Origin: a virus
Length of the DNA stretch: 64,000 nt
Reading direction: 5' to 3' (one strand)
Virus record (IMG/VR): IMGVR_UViG_3300017613_002264
Location: 1-64,000 of that record
Shown: in pieces, positions 1-10,420 of the stretch
Position numbering within the stretch: position 1 is the stretch's first letter
Layout: the number at the start of each line of letters is the position of its first letter
The notes under the pieces: generated by a model
Databases searched by the model: none
Told to the model about the DNA's origin: nothing
Seen by the model: the letters and a program-made list of their open reading frames with translations, nothing else
Program-made: the position numbers and the translations under genes

Positions 1-2
1 AT

Positions 3-350
3 GAACCTTATCAAAACGGTCCAAAGTTATTACCGATGAATGATAAAGGAAGTTTGACTACTCCAACATTCTCACCGGCAGGATGTGTCATCTCAAGTCC
101 ATGTTTTATAGTGGATGGGAACCACAATGATTTCTACGCAGATCAGCGTTGTCTCATGGATCTTTATGGGGTATATGCTTTGGCCTGCGATGGTGTTCAA
201 TCTGAGGATACAGTTATAATCGATGGTGATCGTTGCCGAGTATTTCAAAATGTACATCGGGTTACGGCTTATGACTTCTTTGCAGTACCAGAAGTTGAGC
301 AAACTACTACAACTACAACGACAAGTACTACAACTACCACAACAACCTAA
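3..350 (+). CDS. 3' part of a virion-module ORF entering from upstream of the window; C-terminal poly-Thr tail
   Basis: The frame is open from base 3, with no stop before the ATG at 36 used by the ORF track. It ends ...EVEQTTTTTTTSTTTTTTT-stop and directly precedes the tail genes. Confidence 0.5.
   Translation, partial: EPYQNGPKLLPMNDKGSLTTPTFSPAGCVISSPCFIVDGNHNDFYADQRCLMDLYGVYALACDGVQSEDTVIIDGDRCRVFQNVHRVTAYDFFAVPEVEQTTTTTTTSTTTTTTT
303..347 (+). repeat. poly-Thr coding tract (ACN)n
   Basis: Encodes TTTTTTTSTTTTTTT at the C-terminus of ORF 3-350. Confidence 0.95.
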
Positions 351-360
351 GGAGTAATCA

Positions 361-1404
361 ATGTCCGGCGTAACTTACGAATATGAGAGTTTTGATAATG
401 TGGCAGGAGGCCCTGATTTACTCAGCAAACTCCGTTCATTTGCAATTGCTCAGGGTTGGACGTCTGTAGAATATGAGACAGATGTTGATTGGGCAGATCA
501 AGGTGGAGGTAATTATGATTGGGATCCGGGGACAGATTATTATCTCGAATTACTCAGTGATGGATATGGAAATCAAAGTCTCAGGTGGAGGTTTGGAGTA
601 GTTACAGCGGCAGGGGATACAGGCGATGCGGCAGACCATTGGTTTACACCAAGGGGCGCACCTTTAACAGGATATGCAATAACTACTACATCCTCGAAAA
701 AACCTTGGCTCCAAAAGAAATGGAATACGGGCGCATCGTCTGATTGGTTTGGTAGACTTGTTATTCCATCCGCTAATATTCACCGAGTACATTTTATCGG
801 CAATGACAAATTAATTTGTTGCGTGATTGAGTTAAATGCTCTTTCAAGTTGGTCTTTCGGTTTTGGAACTTGGGAACTTTTTCCAGAGTTCCAAGATACA
901 GATGAGGGAATGAGAGAAGCGAGTGGTATCAATTGGGCAAGGATGGATAGTTGGCAAACTTTTATAGGGTCACAGAATTGGGAGAGAAGTTATACGAACT
1001 TTTGTTTTTGTGATACGTATATTGTTTATCAAACTACTCACTGCCCTTGGTACATGTTTGGCGAAGCTCAAAGTTATCTCTCAGGCGGTCAATCAGTCCA
1101 AATGAGAAATGCTAATTATGCCAATGACTATGAGGATTTAAGTGGTGTAGGTTTGAGAATGAGAAGAGCATTTTGCAATAATGCCTTTTCAAATAAACGT
1201 CCTATGCTCCAGCCTGCGCTGTATTTGCAAAATATGGAAGGAGATGAGCGGTTACATTGTGTCGGACACGAACCACATTACTACATGGAATTTACCGGAC
1301 TAACAGTAGGTCAAATCTTAGAGAATGGTGCTGATAAATACATCTGCTTTCCTTGTACGGATCAGTGGAGAAAACTTGGTTGGGCCATGAAGGTGAATGT
1401 CTAA
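361..1404 (+). CDS. hypothetical tail/virion-module protein
   Basis: 347-aa ORF with AAGGAG 6 nt upstream of the ATG, packed head-to-tail with its neighbours. No motif I can name. Confidence 0.5.
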   Translation: MSGVTYEYESFDNVAGGPDLLSKLRSFAIAQGWTSVEYETDVDWADQGGGNYDWDPGTDYYLELLSDGYGNQSLRWRFGVVTAAGDTGDAADHWFTPRGAPLTGYAITTTSSKKPWLQKKWNTGASSDWFGRLVIPSANIHRVHFIGNDKLICCVIELNALSSWSFGFGTWELFPEFQDTDEGMREASGINWARMDSWQTFIGSQNWERSYTNFCFCDTYIVYQTTHCPWYMFGEAQSYLSGGQSVQMRNANYANDYEDLSGVGLRMRRAFCNNAFSNKRPMLQPALYLQNMEGDERLHCVGHEPHYYMEFTGLTVGQILENGADKYICFPCTDQWRKLGWAMKVNV

Positions 1405-2504
1405 TGAGTAGTTATAAAGGAAGAAATATAAACGGTTATCGAGAAGATAATCCGTCTATTGTAAGATCGAGTAAAAACGGTATGGGTACGAGATATCGGG
1501 CTCCAAGGGGTCAACAGCCTTTACTCAATTCCGCAGGGGATGAATATCGAAATGTTTTACTCGGTTGTGGTTTTATAAGAGGAGTTCCTGTTATTATCTC
1601 ATCATCGTATTGCTCAAATTTGGTGAACAATGTTGGCGATGAATCTATATATGGTCGGGTTTGGTTGTATCCTATTTTGATCGATGCTGGATTTATTACT
1701 TCAGAAACAGAACATACAATTTATATTTGGAATGCTCATCTAGATAAATCAGTTACTGTCTCATCAATTGCCGAGACAAATGTTACGGGAACTACTCTAA
1801 ACGCCGTGGTTCCTGTAACTATGCCCGTTGGCACTGAGTTGAATTGGACTTTAACTGTACTCGTTGACGGGCCGGTAAATCAAAACGCATACTACAAGCC
1901 GACCATCGATTCAGTTCTTTACTCTATAAATGTCATCGGTACGAGACTACTCACGATAAGTCCCGAGCCGAATTGGCAAACACCACCAAATGTGAAATAT
2001 GGTTTTCAAACGGTCAAGGTAGTAAACAAGTATTTTAGAGAACAGAGAAGACCATTAACAAATGATCCCAAAAGATTGGTCACTGCTTCCTTCTTAATGG
2101 AAGCAATGGAGGCTCAGCGAGTATTTAATACATTATCTTATGCTCACGATAAGGTACTGGCAATACCCATCTACAATGAGAAAATGTATTCTGATAATCT
2201 GACTGAGGGGCTTTCGAGAATAGTGTTTACCGAGAGTCATGAGTATTTGTGGAACTTCAATAATCTTTGTACTCACATTATTCTTATCAATCACAGTACC
2301 GGCGATACTGACGTTGAGGAGATTGACAATATTGATACTACTACGTCGGTTGTTTTAGATACACCACTACCAAGGGATTTTGATGAGGGATACGTAACTA
2401 TATACCCAGTTATGATAGCCTCAGTAAGATCATTGGCTTATAATGAGCAAACCGAAAACGTGCAGGAACTAACTGCAGAATTTGAGGAGTATTGGAGTGG
2501 CTGA
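1404..2504 (+). CDS. hypothetical tail-module protein
   Basis: The ORF track starts at 1353. The ATG at 1404 overlaps the upstream stop (TAATG), which suggests translational coupling, so I prefer it. No named motif. Confidence 0.5.
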   Translation: MSSYKGRNINGYREDNPSIVRSSKNGMGTRYRAPRGQQPLLNSAGDEYRNVLLGCGFIRGVPVIISSSYCSNLVNNVGDESIYGRVWLYPILIDAGFITSETEHTIYIWNAHLDKSVTVSSIAETNVTGTTLNAVVPVTMPVGTELNWTLTVLVDGPVNQNAYYKPTIDSVLYSINVIGTRLLTISPEPNWQTPPNVKYGFQTVKVVNKYFREQRRPLTNDPKRLVTASFLMEAMEAQRVFNTLSYAHDKVLAIPIYNEKMYSDNLTEGLSRIVFTESHEYLWNFNNLCTHIILINHSTGDTDVEEIDNIDTTTSVVLDTPLPRDFDEGYVTIYPVMIASVRSLAYNEQTENVQELTAEFEEYWSG

Positions 2505-3117
2505 TAGTATAACAGGAACCGGAACTACTCAATTTTTTCCCATAGAACCGAACTGGGTAACTCGTCCGCGGTCAACTGTTTTAATGTCTCGCTTAATAGC
2601 AAAGAGAGAAGGAACAGTCGATGAGATGAATTCTATTACTCCAGACGTGCCGGTGAAGTTAGATATGGGATTCAGTGTTTTTAATAAAGAAGAAGAATAC
2701 AGTATCATTGACTTCTTTAATGATAGAAAAGGGATGGTCGAGAGGTTTTGGGTTGTCTGGCCTAGGCAACAGTTTATACTCAATAGGCTTCATACTTCTG
2801 GAGAAGCAACCCTTGAGTGTTATGGCAACTTCGCCGACTTACAATACCGAGGATATGAGAGAATAGAAATACTCATGAACAATGGAGATAGGATTATTCG
2901 TGAGGTAACTGGAACCTTTGGTGATGCAGATGAGACAAGTTTGCAGTTGGATTCTGGGCTTGATAGGGATGTAGGCCCGGGATACTATTTAAGAATATCT
3001 CGTCTTCTACTCGTTCGTTTTGGTTCTGATCTTCTCGATCTAAGAGCATTAACAGACCATGTAGGAGAAATTCCTTTTACTTTTGTTGAACTGGTTAATG
3101 AGTACGGAGATGTTTAA
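2497..3117 (+). CDS. tail protein, DUF2460 / GTA-g12-like (tentative)
   Basis: The N-terminus reads ..FFPIEPNW.. and the gene lies immediately upstream of the DUF2163-like, NlpC/P60 and gpJ-like genes. The start is ambiguous: TTG 2482 in the track, or GTG 2497, which overlaps the upstream TGA and has GAGGAG 7 nt upstream. Confidence 0.4.
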   Translation: MADSITGTGTTQFFPIEPNWVTRPRSTVLMSRLIAKREGTVDEMNSITPDVPVKLDMGFSVFNKEEEYSIIDFFNDRKGMVERFWVVWPRQQFILNRLHTSGEATLECYGNFADLQYRGYERIEILMNNGDRIIREVTGTFGDADETSLQLDSGLDRDVGPGYYLRISRLLLVRFGSDLLDLRALTDHVGEIPFTFVELVNEYGDV

Positions 3118-3917
3118 TGAGTTATGAAACAGAAATAGCGAAGACGCAAGTCCCTGCCCTGCCTGAGTTATATGAATTTCTCACTGGAGGGATTTATCAA
3201 AGGTATACTTCCTTTCATGAGACAATTAGTTTTGAGGGAAGAGACTATACCCCATCTCCAATAAAAAGAGGAAACATAGAATTTACTACCGAACTCAAAC
3301 ACGCTGAGGTATCTATCACTGCCCCTGTTTCTTCTTTGTTTATCTCATATGTTGCGAACCAACCCATTGAACCGGTTACAGTGAGGATTATACGAGCAGT
3401 GTATGGAGATGAGGATGCTCAATTCGTAACCGTATTCAAAGGGCGAGTAAAAGGTGTATCAGTAGAAAACTTAACCGCTACGGCAAGATGTAGATCCGGC
3501 AACTCAATACTCGAAGCGAGGATTCCGGGAATTACTTATCAAAGTTACTGCAACCATGATATGTATGATGGAGTATGCAAACTGAATTCTCTCGATTGGC
3601 GAGTAGAAGCAACGGTGGACGCCATAAGCGGTTCTGAACTTGACTTTAATGAGATAAGTGGTTATGATGCAAACTACTTTACTGGTGGATACGTTGTCTC
3701 GGGAGATGATTCACGTTTGATAACTGCTTACTCAGGGATTACTCTTTCTCTACATATTCCTTTCGACTCTCGGGTCATCGTTGGAAGTGAATGCGAGATA
3801 TATCCGAGTTGTAGACAAGACCCGGAGTTGTGTTTGGATACTTATGACAACATTGAGAACTATCTTGGAATGCCTTATATCCAAAGCAAGAACCCGGTCT
3901 ACTGGGGTTTCAAATGA
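3117..3917 (+). CDS. tail protein, DUF2163 / BR0599-like (lambda gpL / GTA g13 position)
   Basis: N-terminal LYEF.TGG..QRYTS....I.F.GRDYTP.PI.RG pattern and a C-terminal Cys pair (YCNHDMYDGVCKLN), as I recall for this family. Start and stop overlap the neighbouring genes. Confidence 0.5.
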   Translation: MSYETEIAKTQVPALPELYEFLTGGIYQRYTSFHETISFEGRDYTPSPIKRGNIEFTTELKHAEVSITAPVSSLFISYVANQPIEPVTVRIIRAVYGDEDAQFVTVFKGRVKGVSVENLTATARCRSGNSILEARIPGITYQSYCNHDMYDGVCKLNSLDWRVEATVDAISGSELDFNEISGYDANYFTGGYVVSGDDSRLITAYSGITLSLHIPFDSRVIVGSECEIYPSCRQDPELCLDTYDNIENYLGMPYIQSKNPVYWGFK

Positions 3918-4396
3918 TTCCTTTTTTTAATAGACAAGAGAATTGGCTCAAGTATAGACAAATACTCGAGGACTGGATTGGAACTCCTTATCGCCATTTG
4001 ACAATGGTTAAGGGACGCGGAGCCGATTGTACTTTATACCTTGCCGCGGCAATGCTCGAGATGAAAATACTCACTAAGGTGGAACATGATTACTACCCGA
4101 AGGAGTGGTTTCGTCATACAACAAAGGAACTTGTGATGGAAGGATTCTTCGAGCATATTGAGAACAATATGACTCCCGGTCTCAATATGATTTGGCTAGG
4201 TAAGGATGCTGATTTGATGAGAGGAGACATTGTAGCATTCAGCACCGCCGGGATAGGAGCCACAAACCATTGTGCAATAATGATGAGTAAACAGAGAATG
4301 ATAAATTCAATCGAACAAGGCGGAGTTCAAATACTCACCTACGGCAGTTGGTGGGAAAGACGCCTTAAATCAGTTTTCCGAGTAGTGGAGGTTTAA
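3914..4396 (+). CDS. NlpC/P60-family cysteine peptidase, tail-associated (gpK / GTA g14 position)
   Basis: GTPYRH..GRGADCTLY gives the catalytic Cys context; GDIVAFS...TNHCAIMM gives the His context. Confidence 0.65.
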   Translation: MIPFFNRQENWLKYRQILEDWIGTPYRHLTMVKGRGADCTLYLAAAMLEMKILTKVEHDYYPKEWFRHTTKELVMEGFFEHIENNMTPGLNMIWLGKDADLMRGDIVAFSTAGIGATNHCAIMMSKQRMINSIEQGGVQILTYGSWWERRLKSVFRVVEV

Positions 4397-6682
4397 ATGG
4401 CAGTCGGAGCCGCAATAGCAGTCGGGTTAATAGTCGGAGCCCTAATTGTCGCGGCCATAGTATCTACTATGGATCAAGATGATCAAGACAAAGCGACACT
4501 AGATGATTTCTCAACTACTCAATGTCGTGAGGGTTCAGTTGTACCTATCGTTTTTGGAAAAGTAAAAATTGCAGGCAACATTCTTTGGTGGGGTCAAATC
4601 GCTTCTAAAAAAGTTAAAACTGATCCTCCAACTTTACTCGGTTTTAGAGTAGGCGATTCAGTAACAACTGGATACAAGTATTACTTGGATATATGGACGG
4701 CCATTTGTATTGGGCCTATAACACTTCACTCGGCATATATTAAAGATGATCCAAAGTCTCTCGCCTCATTATGGGCGAAATGTAAAAATGGCCATGAGAC
4801 AAATGATGGGACTGAGACAACTACACCGAAGACTCGTATGGAAGCGAAAGGTGGTTCTTTTCCTTATGTCACTAAACTACCTGGAGTTGCATGGACTTAT
4901 TTTGACAAGTTCTACTTAGGTGAGAATGTAACAAATGTTCCGACAGTTGCTTTCGTTGTCTCAAAGGTTTCTACTGCTCCAGTTAACCATGCTGATATGT
5001 CCAATGGAACCAACCCAGCCGCGGTTATTTATGAACTACTCGTACTGGGTGGGGCATTGTATGGTGATTTCGATATCGCATCCTTTAATGATGCCGCCGA
5101 CTATTGGTACTCAAAGGGTTACGCCCTCAACCTTGCAATAAGTAGACAAGAAAAAGTTCAAGATCAAGTCAAAAAGATTTTCACTTATGTAGATGGATGT
5201 CTCACTGTAGATGGTGACGATAAGTTTGTACTCACTGCTTACAAGGATTCTGGCGAGACACCAGTTACTACTATTGATACCGAGAAGTTTCTCTCATTTC
5301 AATTTACTCGGAAAGATTGGAGTGAGACATCTAACTATTTCAAAGGGGCTTATGTAGACGAAGACCAAGACTTCACGAAGAGAAATGTCGTTTGTAATAA
5401 CCCCGCAAATATTCGACTACTCGGTTATAAGAAAACAATGTCGGTAAGCCTTGGGGCTTTTAGGGACGCTGATACAGCAAGTCAAAGGCTTTGGGAGATA
5501 ATGAAAGCCCAGTCTTATCCGGCGGCTTCGATTAAATGCACCGTCGATTTGGAATACTCAGAAGTGAGGGAAGGACAACTTGTTACTATTAACAATACCG
5601 AGTATGATATATCGAATGCTGATTACCGAGTAATAGATAAAGACCTATCAGGTATTGAGAGTAATGAGATAAAGTTTACCTTAGCGCAATACATTCACGG
5701 CTTATTCGATGATGCTTATCAGGCCGGAGGGGATGCTCAAGGAGTTGTGCCAGATACCACTCCCGCCCAACTTGCTTATCGTGATGCATTTGAAATGCCT
5801 TTCATGGGAACTACTCATGAACCAACTTGGTTAATGCTCGGAGCGAGACAAGGCACTGAGTCTTTTATGGACTTACTGGTTTCGACCGACGGTGGCACAT
5901 CGTATGAGCAGTTTAGAAGAATAACCAACTTCGCTCAAAGAGGATTACTCGATGCGATATATCCAATTACTCATGAGATTGACGACGGCGAAGATGGAAT
6001 ACTCTATACTCCTTACAGAGAAGATCCAGACTTCGAGACAATTAGTCGCGCCAACTTATTCTTCTATGGTCGATTTATAGTAATTGACGATGAGGTAATG
6101 GCATTTGAAACGGTGACGCCGGTCGGGGAAACTCAATTCCGTCTCACCGGAATTGTGAGAGGTTTGTTCAATACCGCGATTGTGTCTCACTCGGATGCTT
6201 CTCCTATTTGGATAACTGATGTAGAAGACAATTTGATATCTGGTATTTCTGCTACTTCGTTTCATGTTAAAATGATTCCCGGGTTTGGAGATGAGCAAGT
6301 TGATGCTTCTGGAGCGAGTGCTAAGGCTTGTACCTTAACTAACAAGGCCGCGACACCTTGGCCGCCTACGAGAATTCAGGCAGTGAGGAGTGGGTCTAGT
6401 GTTACCTTTACATGGTGGCCAACTACTCAAGACAATGTTGGTGGCGGTTTGTTGCCGGGAGATGGTCAAGTTGATTCTTATCCTTTTCCATTTGACGGAG
6501 ATTTTTGGTTTGATGCGAGTGAAGGATCTCATGAGCAATTCGTTTCAAATACTACTTTGGGAATTACTCAATCCGGTGCGTTCACTGCTTACTTGAAATC
6601 AAGGAGGGTCGGATTCTTAAGTTCTCAAATATCACTATCTGTCGGAGCAGGCGACGGAACATACACAGGACCTAATGCATAA
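4397..6682 (+). CDS. tail-tip / host-specificity protein (lambda gpJ / GTA g15-like)
   Basis: 761 aa with a hydrophobic Ala/Gly/Val N-terminus (MAVGAAIAVGLIVGAL..). It follows the peptidase gene as in lambda/GTA tail-tip modules. Called mainly on synteny and size. Confidence 0.55.
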   Translation: MAVGAAIAVGLIVGALIVAAIVSTMDQDDQDKATLDDFSTTQCREGSVVPIVFGKVKIAGNILWWGQIASKKVKTDPPTLLGFRVGDSVTTGYKYYLDIWTAICIGPITLHSAYIKDDPKSLASLWAKCKNGHETNDGTETTTPKTRMEAKGGSFPYVTKLPGVAWTYFDKFYLGENVTNVPTVAFVVSKVSTAPVNHADMSNGTNPAAVIYELLVLGGALYGDFDIASFNDAADYWYSKGYALNLAISRQEKVQDQVKKIFTYVDGCLTVDGDDKFVLTAYKDSGETPVTTIDTEKFLSFQFTRKDWSETSNYFKGAYVDEDQDFTKRNVVCNNPANIRLLGYKKTMSVSLGAFRDADTASQRLWEIMKAQSYPAASIKCTVDLEYSEVREGQLVTINNTEYDISNADYRVIDKDLSGIESNEIKFTLAQYIHGLFDDAYQAGGDAQGVVPDTTPAQLAYRDAFEMPFMGTTHEPTWLMLGARQGTESFMDLLVSTDGGTSYEQFRRITNFAQRGLLDAIYPITHEIDDGEDGILYTPYREDPDFETISRANLFFYGRFIVIDDEVMAFETVTPVGETQFRLTGIVRGLFNTAIVSHSDASPIWITDVEDNLISGISATSFHVKMIPGFGDEQVDASGASAKACTLTNKAATPWPPTRIQAVRSGSSVTFTWWPTTQDNVGGGLLPGDGQVDSYPFPFDGDFWFDASEGSHEQFVSNTTLGITQSGAFTAYLKSRRVGFLSSQISLSVGAGDGTYTGPNA

Positions 6683-9600
6683 TGGGAAAACTTGCCGATA
6701 CATTACTCGAGAAAGTAGACACTGGAGTTCAGGGTTGGACTAAAATCCTTTCTGACAACATGCAGAAGTTGGAAGACACTTTACTCAAGATAAGCGGAGT
6801 ATTAGACGTTGACCTGACCGGGCTTAACAATGGAGATGTTATAGTTTGGAATGCGAGTAGTCAGAAATGGGAAGCAGGCAAGATTCAGCCTCCATCAACT
6901 TCTACTTCAACAACCACAACTGCACTACCCGAAACTACAACGACTACAACTACTCACACAACAACTTCTCTCACAACTTCCACTTCTACAACGAGTACAA
7001 CTACGTCTCTGCCAGTCACTACAACCACTACGACCACTACTTATACAATGACCACCACAACGACTACAACACTCATCTCGCCATACCTTGACCTGACTAC
7101 GTTTACGGAAGTTGATAGTGCAGGAGATATAACTGTTACAGAACCAAAGGCCGACTTCTCAACGATGAGAAGAGATGCTGTGAGTTGGGTGACTTATGAT
7201 TTTGGGGCAGATTATTTTGGAGACTTTGAAATTGAATTTGAAGTCGCTATCTCCGGAAGCACCTCCCAGGGATTTGTTGATATTTGCCAAGTTGCAGATA
7301 CTCCCGGGACGTATCAAGACCTCCTTGATAATAGTGATGGTGTTCACACTTTTATATATTCAAATAGTAGCGATATAAGTTTAGGTTTGAGAGATGAGAT
7401 AAATGATCTCGGTGCAGGATGGGATGCTTCGGGGTTAACTACAATGGTTAAAAAATATGCTACCTTTACTCGTTCCGGTTCAGATATGACAATTACTCTT
7501 TATGATGAAATTGAAAGGACAACTCCTTATCTCACGAGAACTTTGGCAGGAGTTGCAACGGATAAATTTAGATATTTGGGAGTTCTCGCGTCAAGAGATG
7601 ATGGTTCGGGTGCTAATGCTATTTCTGGTTATACTCAAAATTGGGAAATCATACAAGCCGATATAACAACTACTACAACGACAACTACTACAACTACGAC
7701 AACGACCACAACGACTACCACTACTACGACCACTACCACAACGACTACCACTACTACGACCACTACCACGACTGAGCCTCCACCCGAGTATATAGACTAT
7801 ACTACATGGGATGAAACAGATCCTTCTGGAGTACTCACTGTTACTGAGAATAAAGTACGATGCGTAGCTATGGACAGAGATTATGAGGGGTACGTTCAGA
7901 ATTATTTAGGGTCTGCAGGAGTAAAAGATTTTACATATCGATTTAAAGTAAGAATAGAAACTACCCTTGCCCATTCAGGTCTGGGCTGTTTGAGTTTGTC
8001 TCAGGTTGGCGGCACTTTACAGGATGGGATTGATGACAATGCGTGTACTTATGTAATGATTGAGAGAATATCAACTCAATATTATGTAGGTGTTTGGGAT
8101 GTCGAAACTGCCGAATCCTCTAAACGGCTTGTCGCGCCGAGTACTGATATATACGTTGAATTTGAGAGGGACGGTAGTACAGCGTATATGCGACTTTACT
8201 CAGATTCTGATTACACAACTCATATACAAACATACACAATCAATTGTGGAACCAAACCTTATCGTTATATGGGAGTTGCCAGTTTGGGCTTTTCGTCTGG
8301 AGGTTACTGTACTGCTGAAACTGAATATTTATATATAGTCGATGAGGAATATGGAACAACGACCACAACGACTACCACTACTACGACCACTACCACGACC
8401 ACGAGTACAAGTACTACAACAACTTCTCTCATTGTTGAACATCTATATGAGGATTTTACTACATGGACAGAAATTGATCCAAGTGCTGATCTCACTATAG
8501 CTGAGAATAGAATTGATTGGACGACGTTAGAGCGGGAGGTTGTAACCACTGTATATAAAGATTATCTCACTGGACACTTCGATGACTTTACTCTTCAATT
8601 CCATATCAATTTGGATGATGATGAGGTTTCCTCATATTGTGCCCCTTTACTCCTGTCAAATGCTGCAGCGTCAACGGTTGAAGATGCTGATGTTGCCAAT
8701 GATGGAATTATGATTCAACTCTCAAGAGCTTCAGGTGGTGCGAGAGAATTGACGATTAGGGACTTCTCAAATGATAATGAGGATAGTTACGTTCCAAGTT
8801 TGGATACAGATTATTATTGTGAACTTGAACAAAATGGAACGACCCTGACGATGAAGATTTATTCAGACAGTGATTACTCTTCTCTCGTAGATACACTAAC
8901 CATAACGAGTGGCGGCAATGCTTATCGTTATCTCGGTTTCGCAAGTAGGGAAGCTTCAGTTGGTGGTTATACAACTGGATGGATTGAGAATTTAGAAATA
9001 ATCGATCCGCCTACTTTACTTGAGGACTTTGGAGATTTTACTGAGACTGATGCAACTGGAGATTTGACAGTTACAACATTTAGAAGTGCCTTCGATACAA
9101 TGAGAGCCGATTCAGTTTCACGGCTTATAAAAGATTATGGAACAGATTACTTTATTGATTTCTCAATCGATTTTGAAATTGAGATAACTGCACAGGATGT
9201 ATCGGCAAATGTATTACTACTCGGTCTTTCAAATTTATCGGATGCTACGTTTGGTGAAATAGAAGCTGACAATGAGGGTATTACTGTTTACGCAATTCAA
9301 AGTGGTGGCGTATTAGAAATCAGGATAAAAGATCAGAACAATGATAATAGAGATGATTTTACTCATTCTACAACAACGATTGGAAAAAGATGGCTAACAT
9401 TAACGAGAACTGGAGCTACTGCCACATGCACTATTTATAGTGATGCAGCGAGAACTACGGTTGTTGATACATTGAGTATTACTACCTCATCTGATAATTA
9501 TAGATACATGAATATTTCTACCGCCAAAGATAATAGTTCTCCTGCTGATGTTGAGTCAAGCGGTTTTGTCCAGAACCTTGAAATAATAAATCCGCCATAT

Positions 9601-10185
9601 GAGAACTTTAAAACTTTTAATGAGGTTGATTCTGGCGGTGATATTACTGTATCTAAGCGTAAGGTTGCATATGACTCAATGCTCAATAAGGAAACGAGTA
9701 GTAATACAAAAGACTTTGGAGCAGGACATTTCGATGAATGGGATATAGAATTTGAAATCGAAGTAACAGATAATGAGGAAAATGCTAATGTAGTAATGCT
9801 TGCATTATCAGATGTCGCTAATGCTACCTATGAGGATATTATTGTTGCGGGGAAAGGAATCGTTATACAATGCTCAGGCCAGTCTGGACCGCAGATAAAA
9901 TTAGGCCTCAAGGATTGGAATACTACCAATGGAGATGCGTATATAAGTGCGGGTGCTTATACATTAGCACAACGATGGTTGAAGTTTGAGAGAACTGGAA
10001 CAACTTGTACTCTCAAAATATATGACGATGCTGAGAGAACTTCTCTCGTCGATACATTGACTATCACAACGGCAAATGAGGATTATCGTTACTTGCATGT
10101 AGTAGCTACAAGAGATAATTTATTATTTGATCCTATTGAACAAACTGGATACGTGCAAAATCTTGAATTAATAAGTGTAAGCTAA
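6682..10185 (+). CDS. tail fibre / receptor-binding protein with five tandem paralogous domains and three Thr-rich linkers
   Basis: The N-terminal ~65 aa are shared with the two downstream small ORFs (..DTLLK.S..LDVD...L..GDV..). Thr-rich linkers lie at 6889-7075, 7666-7773 and 8356-8427. Five domains each open with (D/E)F(T/K)T(W/F)(T/N)E(V/I)D and close with (Q/E)N(W/L)E(I/L)I. Confidence 0.6.
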   Translation: MGKLADTLLEKVDTGVQGWTKILSDNMQKLEDTLLKISGVLDVDLTGLNNGDVIVWNASSQKWEAGKIQPPSTSTSTTTTALPETTTTTTTHTTTSLTTSTSTTSTTTSLPVTTTTTTTTYTMTTTTTTTLISPYLDLTTFTEVDSAGDITVTEPKADFSTMRRDAVSWVTYDFGADYFGDFEIEFEVAISGSTSQGFVDICQVADTPGTYQDLLDNSDGVHTFIYSNSSDISLGLRDEINDLGAGWDASGLTTMVKKYATFTRSGSDMTITLYDEIERTTPYLTRTLAGVATDKFRYLGVLASRDDGSGANAISGYTQNWEIIQADITTTTTTTTTTTTTTTTTTTTTTTTTTTTTTTTTTTTEPPPEYIDYTTWDETDPSGVLTVTENKVRCVAMDRDYEGYVQNYLGSAGVKDFTYRFKVRIETTLAHSGLGCLSLSQVGGTLQDGIDDNACTYVMIERISTQYYVGVWDVETAESSKRLVAPSTDIYVEFERDGSTAYMRLYSDSDYTTHIQTYTINCGTKPYRYMGVASLGFSSGGYCTAETEYLYIVDEEYGTTTTTTTTTTTTTTTTSTSTTTTSLIVEHLYEDFTTWTEIDPSADLTIAENRIDWTTLEREVVTTVYKDYLTGHFDDFTLQFHINLDDDEVSSYCAPLLLSNAAASTVEDADVANDGIMIQLSRASGGARELTIRDFSNDNEDSYVPSLDTDYYCELEQNGTTLTMKIYSDSDYSSLVDTLTITSGGNAYRYLGFASREASVGGYTTGWIENLEIIDPPTLLEDFGDFTETDATGDLTVTTFRSAFDTMRADSVSRLIKDYGTDYFIDFSIDFEIEITAQDVSANVLLLGLSNLSDATFGEIEADNEGITVYAIQSGGVLEIRIKDQNNDNRDDFTHSTTTIGKRWLTLTRTGATATCTIYSDAARTTVVDTLSITTSSDNYRYMNISTAKDNSSPADVESSGFVQNLEIINPPYENFKTFNEVDSGGDITVSKRKVAYDSMLNKETSSNTKDFGAGHFDEWDIEFEIEVTDNEENANVVMLALSDVANATYEDIIVAGKGIVIQCSGQSGPQIKLGLKDWNTTNGDAYISAGAYTLAQRWLKFERTGTTCTLKIYDDAERTSLVDTLTITTANEDYRYLHVVATRDNLLFDPIEQTGYVQNLELISVS
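6889..7075 (+). repeat. Thr/Ser-rich coding tract, fibre linker 1
   Basis: PPSTSTSTTTTALPETTTTTTTHTTTSLTTSTSTTSTTTSLPVTTTTTTTTYTMTTTTTTT (approximate bounds). Confidence 0.9.
7666..7773 (+). repeat. 36-codon uninterrupted poly-Thr tract, fibre linker 2
   Basis: ACA/ACT/ACG/ACC codons run from 7666 to 7773, followed by EPPPE. Confidence 0.95.
8356..8427 (+). repeat. poly-Thr tract, fibre linker 3
   Basis: TTTTTTTTTTTTTTTTSTSTTTTS. Confidence 0.95.
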
Positions 10186-10197
10186 GGAGAATGAGTA

Positions 10198-10410
10198 ATG
10201 ACATTATTGAGTACTGGTCTCGAGACCGCAAATTATAATATGCCCGGGTGGGAAAAGATCTACAATAAGAATGTTGAACTACTTAATGATACTTTACTCA
10301 AGGTCAACGCCTTGTTAGACGTGGATGTATCAACCCTTCAAGATGGTCAAGTACTCACTTGGGATGCGGGCCAGTCTAAATGGGTTCCCAGAACTTATGA
10401 AATGGTGTAA
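10198..10410 (+). CDS. stand-alone fibre N-terminal module protein
   Basis: 70 aa. Carries only the fibre N-terminal module (..NDTLLKVNALLDVDVSTLQDGQVLTWDAGQSKWVP..). AAGGAG RBS. Confidence 0.45.
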   Translation: MTLLSTGLETANYNMPGWEKIYNKNVELLNDTLLKVNALLDVDVSTLQDGQVLTWDAGQSKWVPRTYEMV

Positions 10411-10420
10411 AGGATTTTAA

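Noticed and set aside
30-38. TACCGATGA matching the right flank of the hairpin element
   Set aside because: There is no adjacent stem or left flank, and it lies inside a coding region. It is most likely a chance match.
6682-10185. Diversity-generating retroelement targeting the fibre or RCC1 genes
   Set aside because: There is no reverse transcriptase gene and no template/variable repeat pair in the window.
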